From NCBI GenBank assembly GCA_964563295.1, contig CAZLWX010000001.1:2545-66544 (forward strand): DNA of 64,000 nucleotides. The letters are read 5' to 3'. Position 1 is the first letter of the stretch; the number at the start of each line of letters is the position of its first letter. Positions 30,007-37,775 of the stretch are shown piece after piece. Both the position numbers and the translations under genes were made by a program. The stretch comes from an uncultured Roseivirgaceae bacterium. GTDB lineage: Bacteria; Bacteroidota; Bacteroidia; Cytophagales; Cyclobacteriaceae. Under the pieces are notes generated by a model. It did not search any database and had not been told where the DNA came from. It worked only from the letters and a program-made list of their open reading frames with translations.

Positions 30007-31385
30007 AGAATTCCACATCACATGACCATGCCGCCCTGGCTTCGCGTTTCAACGAAGACGCCGCCCGAGTGAGCTGGCATGATGAAACACTCTGGTGGGT
30101 GCGACAGAAGCGCGATCTGGCCGCTAAGGCTGTCCCGGGCTGGGAGGAACTGAGAACTGCTGCATCCGCAATCAAAGATGATGTGCTCGACAACCTCCAC
30201 GACTACCTCGTTCAATTTGAAAAGAACGCTACTCAGAACGGAATCAAAGTACATTGGGCTCGCGATGCGCAAGAACACAATGCCGTCGTCATGTCCATCC
30301 TCCGGGAGAACTCAATCGATCGGGTTATCAAAAGCAAGTCGATGCTCACGGAAGAATGCCACCTCAACGAGTATCTGCAACAACACGGCGTGGATGTCGT
30401 CGACAGTGACCTGGGAGAGCGAATCATTCAATTCGCCGGTGAGGCCCCGAGCCATATTGTGATGCCATGTATTCATAAAAAGAAGGAGGAGATTGGCGAG
30501 TTGTTTCATCGACATCTGGGCACACCCGCCGATTGCGCCGATCCCGTTGCGCTTACAGCGGCAGCCCGTTATCACCTGCGTGAAAAATTCTTGAGTTACA
30601 AAGCCTCCATCAGCGGTGTGAATTTTGCCGTCGCGGAAACGGGGGAGTTTGTCGTTTGTACGAATGAGGGAAACGCCGATATGGGCGCGCACCTTTCTTC
30701 CGTCCACATTGCCTGCATGGGCATAGAGAAAATAATACCTCGGCGTGCAGACCTGTCAGTGTTCCTTCGACTTCTGGCCAGAAGCGCGACGGGCCAGCCG
30801 ATCACGACCTACAGCAGCCACTTCCGAAGGCCGCGAAAGGGTCAAACGATGCACCTTGTGCTCGTCGACAATGGAAGGACCCGTCAGCTCTCAAGACCGT
30901 TGTTCCGCAATTCATTAAAATGTATCCGGTGTGGCGCGTGCATGAACACCTGTCCTGTTTACCGTCGCAGTGGCGGTCATAGTTATCATTCTACCGTTGC
31001 CGGGCCGATTGGTGCAATTCTGGCGCCCAACCTCGATATGCGTGAATATGCCGATCTGCCTTTTGCCTCCACCCTATGTGGTTCATGCTCCGATGTGTGT
31101 CCTGTCAAGATCAACATCCATGAGCAACTCTATGAATGGCGCCGGGAAATTGTGAACAACGGATATTCATCGTTCAAGAAGCGCTCGGGCGCATTTGCAT
31201 TGTCGCTGGTACTGCGCCGCCCTGGACTTTCATCCGCAGCAGGGGGATTTCTCCGTTGGATATTGAAGGCCATTCCGGCCGCGATCGACAACCGGTTAAA
31301 CCCATGGAGTCGAAAACGGTCAATGCCTTTGCCGCAACGGCAAACTTTCCAGATGTGGTATCGCAAGAACAGACTTAAGTTGTGA
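30003..31385 (+). CDS. lutB: Lactate utilisation protein B (4Fe-4S binding).
   Basis: Start set at ATG 30003 (ATGA overlap with the lutA stop). Ferredoxin motifs CIRCGACMNTCPVY and CGSCSDVCPVKI, plus a LUD domain. Confidence 0.85.
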   Translation: MKNSTSHDHAALASRFNEDAARVSWHDETLWWVRQKRDLAAKAVPGWEELRTAASAIKDDVLDNLHDYLVQFEKNATQNGIKVHWARDAQEHNAVVMSILRENSIDRVIKSKSMLTEECHLNEYLQQHGVDVVDSDLGERIIQFAGEAPSHIVMPCIHKKKEEIGELFHRHLGTPADCADPVALTAAARYHLREKFLSYKASISGVNFAVAETGEFVVCTNEGNADMGAHLSSVHIACMGIEKIIPRRADLSVFLRLLARSATGQPITTYSSHFRRPRKGQTMHLVLVDNGRTRQLSRPLFRNSLKCIRCGACMNTCPVYRRSGGHSYHSTVAGPIGAILAPNLDMREYADLPFASTLCGSCSDVCPVKINIHEQLYEWRREIVNNGYSSFKKRSGAFALSLVLRRPGLSSAAGGFLRWILKAIPAAIDNRLNPWSRKRSMPLPQRQTFQMWYRKNRLKL

Positions 31386-31957
31386 AGAGCAGTCGCGAGC
31401 ACATATTGAACACATTGAAAGGTCTCCAGGCAGCGACCCCAACAAATATTGAAAGACGCCTTCCGGATTTTTCTTCACCGAATGTGTCCTTCGACGAGAT
31501 ACTTCGGGCGATTGGAGTTACCGTTCATCGCGTAAAATCAATAGCGGATGTCAGAGAAATTCTGCGGCGGGAATTAGCCGGGAGTGGTCGATGGGTGACT
31601 TCCCTGGAGGAGCTGTCGGACATCGCCGAGACCAATCCCTCGTACGAAATGCCCGCGGATTTACACGATGTCGGATTATTCATTACCAGTAGTCCCCTGA
31701 CGGTGGCGGAAAACGGAGCGGTGTGGCTGGAATCAGTGGGAGAAAGGGTCCTGCCGTTCATCGCCACTCATCTTGCAGTGATCGTGAAAAAGGAGGATAT
31801 CGTCAACACCATGCACGATGCTTACCACAAGATCGGCGACCAGGACTATTCATTCGGGTGTTTCATCGCCGGACCATCCAGAACCGCCGACATTGAACAA
31901 AGTCTTGTTCTCGGCGCTCAGGGCCCCGTCTCCATGCTTGTCTTTATCCTGGAATAA
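31382..31957 (+). CDS. lutC: Lactate utilisation protein C (LUD domain).
   Basis: GTG start overlapping the lutB stop (GTGA). 191 aa. The call rests on position after lutAB plus the C-terminal GPSRTADIE motif. Confidence 0.75.
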   Translation: MKSSREHILNTLKGLQAATPTNIERRLPDFSSPNVSFDEILRAIGVTVHRVKSIADVREILRRELAGSGRWVTSLEELSDIAETNPSYEMPADLHDVGLFITSSPLTVAENGAVWLESVGERVLPFIATHLAVIVKKEDIVNTMHDAYHKIGDQDYSFGCFIAGPSRTADIEQSLVLGAQGPVSMLVFILE

Positions 31958-32003
31958 AACACCGGGGCGTTCGTGCTAAATGTTTCTTTCTTTTCCTTTC
32001 GTG

Positions 32004-32015
32004 GAATTTAAATTC
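32004..32015. promoter_or_regulatory. Perfect 12-bp palindrome GAATTTAAATTC upstream of the GMC oxidoreductase gene. Candidate operator.
   Basis: Read directly from the sequence. It is flanked by CGTGG...CCACG and lies 59 nt upstream of ATG 32074. Confidence 0.25.
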
Positions 32016-32073
32016 TGCCACGTTTCGCATTACTTGCCGAAAAGTATATTTTTACCTTCCACCAGGAAATTTT

Positions 32074-33753
32074 ATGGCAGATAATGTTTACGACGCAATT
32101 GTAGTTGGCTCCGGTATTAGCGGCGGCTGGGCGGCAAAGGAATTGACCGAGAAAGGTCTGAAAGTGATTATGCTCGAGCGCGGAAAAAACATCGAGCATA
32201 TCAAGGACTACACCCAAACCAATAAGGCACCCTGGGAGTTTCCGCATCGCGGCAGAGCTCCTCTCGCCCTCGTGAAGGAGTACCCGGTGCTGAGCAGAGA
32301 CTATCCGCTCAATGAAATCAATACCGATTGGTGGGCCAGCGATAAGGATTGCCCCTATACGGAAGTGAAACGATTTGATTGGTTCCGCGGGTATCACGTT
32401 GGCGGTCGGTCGCTGATGTGGGGCAGGCAGAGCTATCGCCTCAGTGATTTCGATTTTGAGGCCAATGCCCGCGACGGAATCGCCATTGACTGGCCGGTGC
32501 GCTACAAGGAGATCGCTCCGTGGTACGACTACGTCGAACGTTTTGCGGGAATCAGTGGAAACCGCGATGGCCTTCCTCAACTTCCGGACGGACAATTCCT
32601 TCCGCCAATGGATTTCACATGCGTGGAAAAGGATGCGGCTGAAAAAATCCGGAAGCTTTACAATGGCAAGCGCCACCTGATTATTGGTCGGGCCGCTCAT
32701 GTTACCGGTCCACACGAGGGGCGAACCCAATGTCAATTCCGCAACAAGTGCGGCCTGGGATGTCCATTTGGCGGATACTTCAGCACCCAATCATCGACGC
32801 TGCCGGCAGCGATGAAAACCGGTAACCTGACCGTCAGACCGTGGAGCATTGTGACGAAGGTGCTGTATGATAAAGATAAAAAACGCGCGACGGGTGTTGA
32901 AGTGCTCGATGCAGAAACAAATCTTACCTACGAATACAAGGCAAAAATCATTTTCCTGAATGCCTCGACGCTCAACACGGCATGGATACTGATGAATTCT
33001 GCCACCGATATATGGCCCGAGGGACTGGGCAGCAGCAGCGGCGAACTCGGGCATAACCTCATGGATCACCACCTCGGCGTTGGCGCTGGTGGAACTGTGG
33101 ATGGCTATGAAGACCGATACTACTACGGCAATCGTCCAAATGGATTCTACATTCCCCGCTATCGGAATCTTTTCGGCGATAAGCGCGACTACCTGCGGGG
33201 CTTCGGTTACCAGGGCGCCGGAAGCCGGCAGGGATGGAGTCGACATATTGCCGAATACAGCATAGGCGCCGAATACAAGGAGGCGCTCAGCGAACCTGGC
33301 CCCTGGACACTCGGAATGGGCGGCTTTGGCGAAATGCTGCCGTACCACGAAAACAAGGTCACGCTCGACAAGACCCGCAAAGACAAATGGGGCCTCAACG
33401 TGCTGGCCGTCGACTGCGAATTGAAGGAGAATGAGTTGAAGATGCGCCAGGACATGATGAATGACGCGAAAGAAATGCTGGAAGCTATCGGCGTAAAAAA
33501 TGTCGGCGCCGGAATCGGCGACGGAACTCCCGGTCGTGGTATTCACGAAATGGGCACTGCCCGGATGGGCCACGATCCCAGGACCTCAGTTCTCAACAAG
33601 TGGAACCAGGTGTGGGATGCCATGAATGTCTTTGTCACCGACGGCTCGTTCATGACTTCTTCGGCGTGCCAGAATCCTTCACTGGGCTACATGGCATTCA
33701 CGGCTCGTGCGGCCGATTATGCCGTGAAGGAAATCAACAAGCTGAATATTTAG
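32074..33753 (+). CDS. GMC-family FAD-dependent oxidoreductase (large/catalytic subunit).
   Basis: N-terminal Rossmann motif YDAIVVGSGISGGWAAKEL. 559 aa. The C-terminal region HEMGTARMG is typical of GMC enzymes. There is no signal peptide. Confidence 0.9.
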   Translation: MADNVYDAIVVGSGISGGWAAKELTEKGLKVIMLERGKNIEHIKDYTQTNKAPWEFPHRGRAPLALVKEYPVLSRDYPLNEINTDWWASDKDCPYTEVKRFDWFRGYHVGGRSLMWGRQSYRLSDFDFEANARDGIAIDWPVRYKEIAPWYDYVERFAGISGNRDGLPQLPDGQFLPPMDFTCVEKDAAEKIRKLYNGKRHLIIGRAAHVTGPHEGRTQCQFRNKCGLGCPFGGYFSTQSSTLPAAMKTGNLTVRPWSIVTKVLYDKDKKRATGVEVLDAETNLTYEYKAKIIFLNASTLNTAWILMNSATDIWPEGLGSSSGELGHNLMDHHLGVGAGGTVDGYEDRYYYGNRPNGFYIPRYRNLFGDKRDYLRGFGYQGAGSRQGWSRHIAEYSIGAEYKEALSEPGPWTLGMGGFGEMLPYHENKVTLDKTRKDKWGLNVLAVDCELKENELKMRQDMMNDAKEMLEAIGVKNVGAGIGDGTPGRGIHEMGTARMGHDPRTSVLNKWNQVWDAMNVFVTDGSFMTSSACQNPSLGYMAFTARAADYAVKEINKLNI

Positions 33754-33782
33754 TCACGGATGACCATTTACTTTAAATCGAT

Positions 33783-34361
33783 CTGAACAGAAGAGATGCG
33801 ATTGCACGAGTTGGTTTGTTGTTCGGGGGAACATTGGTGGGGGCGGAAGCATTCCTCGCCGGATGTGCGAAACGTCCCGAGGAAACTGTTGCCTGGATGG
33901 ATTTTTCACCAGAGACCATTTCATTGCTCGATGAAGTTGGTGAAACCATATTGCCTGCCACGGCCTCTTCACCCGGGGCTAAGGAAGCGATGATCGGGGA
34001 GTTCATGAGGGCTATCGTCAGAGATTGCTACGATGAAAAGGATCAACGCGTATTCATGGAGGGCGTATCGAAACTCAACGACGAAGCCCGGGGTAGCTAC
34101 AGCGATGATTTCGTGAAACTTTCCGCTACAGACAGGCACGACCTTCTTGTTACGATCGACAAGGAGGCTCAGGACTACAACAGCACCAGGAAAAAAGACG
34201 ACCCCAATCATTATTTTACGCTGATGAAGCAACTCACGCTGTGGGGCTATTTTACCTCGGAAGTCGGTTCCACGAAAGCCCTGCGCTACCTGCCGGTCCC
34301 CGGCCGATATGAAGGTTGCATTCCGTATACAAAGGGCGACGGGGCCTGGGCAGCGATCTAA
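33783..34361 (+). CDS. Gluconate 2-dehydrogenase subunit 3-family protein (Tat-signal lipoprotein small subunit).
   Basis: The frame is open from 33777. It encodes (I D L) NRRDAIARVGLLFGGTLVGAEAFLAGC, which is a twin-arginine motif, an h-region and an LAGC lipobox. The first canonical start is TTG 33816, which lies after the RR motif. CTG 33783 would give MNRRDAIARV. The start is uncertain. Confidence 0.7.
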   Translation: MNRRDAIARVGLLFGGTLVGAEAFLAGCAKRPEETVAWMDFSPETISLLDEVGETILPATASSPGAKEAMIGEFMRAIVRDCYDEKDQRVFMEGVSKLNDEARGSYSDDFVKLSATDRHDLLVTIDKEAQDYNSTRKKDDPNHYFTLMKQLTLWGYFTSEVGSTKALRYLPVPGRYEGCIPYTKGDGAWAAI

Positions 34362-34369
34362 TCATCCAC

Positions 34370-34390
34370 ATCTACCGGTAAGGGGTAGAT
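34370..34390. promoter_or_regulatory. Inverted repeat ATCTACC-N7-GGTAGAT between the small subunit gene and the rhamnosidase gene.
   Basis: Perfect 7-bp arms, read directly. It lies 11 nt upstream of ATG 34402 and could be an operator or a small hairpin. Confidence 0.25.
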
Positions 34391-34401
34391 AGGTGTTTAA
34401 T

Positions 34402-37170
34402 ATGACACGAAATCTACTGCAACTGTTTTCGGCCATCCTGGTCTCGCTCACCATTTCGGCTGCGCCGATCTCCACCTTTTGCCAGTCAAGCTCGCTCCGG
34501 CCCGAACATCTGACGTGCGAATACCTGGTCAGTCCGCTTGGCATTGATGCGCAACGTCCTCGCTTTGGGTGGGAACTGGCGGGCGAAGGTCGCAACCTGC
34601 ATCAAAGTGCTTACGAGATCATCGTCGCTGACAACGCGAGCGATGCCAGCGATGGAACCGGAAATGTCTGGTCCTCCGGAAAGCTTGCTTCAGCGGAACA
34701 AAATCAAATCGAATACGGGGGAAAACGGCTCGAACCGTTCACGCGCTATTTCTGGCGCGTACGGGTCTTTGACGCCGCGGACGAACCTTCCGCCTGGAGT
34801 CCGACGGCATGGTTCGAGACAGCTATGTTGCAGGCAACAGACTGGACGTCGAAATGGATCTCCGATGGATCTGCAAACCCGTCGCGCGATGAAGAATACT
34901 ACAAATCAGACCCGATGCCTTTGTTCAGGAAGACATTCATGGCGGGGCGGCGTGTTCAATCTGCCCGTCTTTACATTACTGGCCTTGGGTATTACGAAGC
35001 ATTCATCAATGGCGAACGGGTCGGCGATCGCGTACTGGATCCGGGCTGGACGACCTACCGCAAGCAGGTTTTGTATTCCGTATACGATATCACCAGCATG
35101 ATCAATAATGGCGACAATGTCATTGCTGTGACGTTGGGCAACGGTTGGTGGAATCCCCTGCCGTTCAAACTTTTCGGGCGGTGGGATCTCCGGGATTATC
35201 AACAGACCGGCCGACCCTGTTTGAGGGCTGAAATCCATCTGCGCTACGACGATAGTACAACAGACATCATCGCCACAGATAACAGCTGGTTAACCAGGCG
35301 TGGGCCGGTGGTCCGAAATAATGTCTACCTCGGGGAACATTATGATGCACGCCTGGAAATTGCAGGGTGGAATACACTGCGGCAAAAGACCGACAGCTGG
35401 ACGAATTCCACGGAAGTGGAAGGGCCGCAGGGAGTATTGACGGTACAAATGCAGCCACCCATCCGGGTGACGACGGAACTGCATCCAGTTAGTGTTCGGG
35501 AACACAAGCCCGGAGTATTTATCGCGGATTTCGGTCAAAATTTCGCTGGGGTCATTCAAATCCGTGTAAAAGGTCCCGCCGGGACGAAAATTAATTTCAG
35601 GTATGGCGAAGGGTTGTTTGACGACGGCTCATTAAATGTTATGACCACTGTTGCCACCCAGATCAAGAAGGGCGGCATCAGGGGCGGGCCAGGCGCCCCC
35701 GAGACAGCCTGGCAAGAGGATAGCTACACGCTGAAAGGAAAGGGCCTTGAAACCTGGTCGCCGCGGTTCACTTTTCACGGGTTCCGGTATGTCGAGATCA
35801 CGGGGTGGCCGGGAAAGCCAACCATAGACGACATCGAAGGCCTGCGGATGAATTCAGACCTCGAGCCAAATGGAAAGTTCCTATGCTCCAATGAGTTCCT
35901 CAATCAACTGCACGGCGTGGTCCAGTGGACTTTTCTCAGCAACGTTTTCAGTGTTCAATCGGATTGTCCGGGTCGTGAGAAAATGGGATACGGCGCCGAC
36001 ATTGCCGTTACCGCGAATGCGTTTATGTACAATTACAACATGACGCATTTTTACGGGAAAACCCTTCACGATTACAGGAATGAACAACGTCCGCTTGGCG
36101 GCATGACTGAAATCGCGCCGTTCACGGGTATTGCCGACCGGGGCTATGGCGATCTTTCCGGACCGCTGGGATGGCAGCTGGTATTTCCCTATCTGCAGGA
36201 GCAAATGTACCAGTTTTACGGCGACAAAAGGATCGTTGATGCCAACTACGAGCCGCTCCAGAAGCAAATCGAATTCCTTAAGTCGCAGGCAAAATACAAT
36301 TTGTTCTTTTGGGATATCAGCGATCACGAGGCACTCGACCCAAAACCCGAAGGATTGACCGCTTCCGCGTTTTATTATGCTCATTTGCGTCTCGCGGCGC
36401 GCTTTGCGGGCTTATTGGGAAAGAAAGATGATTCGATCGCTTACACCACACTTTCTCAGCAGGTCAGGCGCGCTATCGTCCGTCAGTATCACATCCCCGG
36501 GACGGGAAGATTTGACAACGGCACTCAGTCGGCACAACTGTTTGCCCTATGGTACGACCTGACACCGGAAAAAGCCGAGTCGCTTAACGCTTTTTTGTCG
36601 GAACTCAAGCGCCACCACGGCCACCTCAGCACGGGGATTTTCTCGACAAAAATGTTCTTCGACGTGATGCGCGAGAACGACCTCGGCGAAACGGCTTACC
36701 AGGTCGTAAACGTCAAAGACTTCCCCGGGTGGAGATATATGCTCGAGAACGGCGCTACCACGCTCTGGGAGACGTGGGCTTTTCCCGAGACAGGGCCATC
36801 CCGCAATCATCCTATGTTTGGTTCAGTGGATGAGTGGTTCTACCGGTCGCTGCTCGGCATTAATCCGGGAGCTCCAGGCTTTAGTCACGTGATAATTAAG
36901 CCGCAGCCGGCAGGAGACCTCGCATGGGCGAAAGGAAGCTATCGTTCCATCCGTGGAGAAATTGAAAGCAGCTGGGTACGGAAAGGCGATACGTTCACGC
37001 TGAATGTTATGATTCCCGCAAATGTCACCGCTCAGATTTGGGTTCCCTCAAAACCCGACGCGCCAGTACGTGACGGTGACAACCTGATTTCATCGATTCG
37101 CTATGACGGCGGCTATGCGGTAGTTGAGGTAGGATCCGGACAATATTCTTTCCAATCAACAACTGATTGA
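34402..37170 (+). CDS. Alpha-L-rhamnosidase (GH78).
   Basis: Signal peptide, then LRPEHLTCEYLVSPLGIDAQRPRFGWEL and FTRYFWRVRVFD, typical of the GH78 N-terminal domains. About 920 aa. I prefer ATG 34402 over GTG 34393. Confidence 0.9.
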   Translation: MTRNLLQLFSAILVSLTISAAPISTFCQSSSLRPEHLTCEYLVSPLGIDAQRPRFGWELAGEGRNLHQSAYEIIVADNASDASDGTGNVWSSGKLASAEQNQIEYGGKRLEPFTRYFWRVRVFDAADEPSAWSPTAWFETAMLQATDWTSKWISDGSANPSRDEEYYKSDPMPLFRKTFMAGRRVQSARLYITGLGYYEAFINGERVGDRVLDPGWTTYRKQVLYSVYDITSMINNGDNVIAVTLGNGWWNPLPFKLFGRWDLRDYQQTGRPCLRAEIHLRYDDSTTDIIATDNSWLTRRGPVVRNNVYLGEHYDARLEIAGWNTLRQKTDSWTNSTEVEGPQGVLTVQMQPPIRVTTELHPVSVREHKPGVFIADFGQNFAGVIQIRVKGPAGTKINFRYGEGLFDDGSLNVMTTVATQIKKGGIRGGPGAPETAWQEDSYTLKGKGLETWSPRFTFHGFRYVEITGWPGKPTIDDIEGLRMNSDLEPNGKFLCSNEFLNQLHGVVQWTFLSNVFSVQSDCPGREKMGYGADIAVTANAFMYNYNMTHFYGKTLHDYRNEQRPLGGMTEIAPFTGIADRGYGDLSGPLGWQLVFPYLQEQMYQFYGDKRIVDANYEPLQKQIEFLKSQAKYNLFFWDISDHEALDPKPEGLTASAFYYAHLRLAARFAGLLGKKDDSIAYTTLSQQVRRAIVRQYHIPGTGRFDNGTQSAQLFALWYDLTPEKAESLNAFLSELKRHHGHLSTGIFSTKMFFDVMRENDLGETAYQVVNVKDFPGWRYMLENGATTLWETWAFPETGPSRNHPMFGSVDEWFYRSLLGINPGAPGFSHVIIKPQPAGDLAWAKGSYRSIRGEIESSWVRKGDTFTLNVMIPANVTAQIWVPSKPDAPVRDGDNLISSIRYDGGYAVVEVGSGQYSFQSTTD

Positions 37171-37473
37171 GGAACGTGCGACCGACTGCTGACACGACAT
37201 CAATCGACCGGCCTTCGACGAACGTGAAATTTCATACGGCTGGTCTGCTATCGCGATTTTGATCCAAAATGGCTGCTTTGATCGGGAATCCATCTCCACA
37301 AATATCGGTGCAACGTGATGGCTACACGTTGAATATTTACGGCGCATAATTGCTGGCATGGAGTTTTATCTCTTCAACACGGTCTACTTCCATGGTTGTT
37401 AATTTCTTACGGATATTAATAACCAGTCGCTGATCCGGATCATACCGGAGTCAGTCAGGATAGGAGATCATTT

Positions 37474-37507
37474 AAGGCTCCCCTGAAAAAGGAGCCTTAT
37501 CTTTTTT
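37474..37507 (+). terminator. Rho-independent terminator-like hairpin.
   Basis: AAGGCTCC-cctgaaaaa-GGAGCCTT (8-bp stem), then atc and TTTTTT. It lies about 300 nt downstream of the rhamnosidase stop. Confidence 0.5.
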
Positions 37508-37650
37508 CAGGGGAGCCAATTTTCACAGTAACGGCACAAACTTTTTATGCTGCATTACAGCCTTCTTCCATCGGGTCCCCTGACTTCCGCAAGGATTCAG
37601 TACCCTCACGTTGACCCGGGTTATACCGGGAGCAACCATGCAGGAAGGTC

Positions 37651-37688
37651 AAAAAGAAGTTTCTCTAACACAGGAACTTCTTTTTTTT
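37651..37688. terminator. A-tract/hairpin/T-tract element, resembling a bidirectional terminator, 88 nt upstream of rhaEW.
   Basis: AAAAAGAAGTT-tctctaacacagg-AACTTCTTTTT, with the T run extending to 37688. Confidence 0.4.
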
Positions 37689-37775
37689 GTTAAACGCGCC
37701 AGCCATTCATATCTTTCATTTCGGGAAAAGCGCGACCTGCGATCGCTGACATCGCACTTGCGCATCAAATGAGCT

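Noticed and set aside
32008-33573. Two consecutive 260-codon minus-strand ORFs opposite the GMC oxidoreductase gene. Similar long shadow ORFs occur at 38793-39590, 47183-47923, 21216-21920, 22810-23652 and 9942-10569.
   Set aside because: All are antisense to genes with strong family signatures. The checked case, 32008-32790, is in-phase with the sense codons. These are a compositional artefact of codon usage.
37156-37470. Broken minus-strand frames in the rhamnose-locus gap, with faint resemblance to L-rhamnose mutarotase (…IKLHASNYAP*, then …APIFVEMDS… in another frame).
   Set aside because: The resemblance is limited to a few residues (H..NYA, F.EM). The conserved Y...H..WPE and WW motifs are absent, and the spacing differs. 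This is insufficient to call a pseudogene without an HMM or tblastx test.
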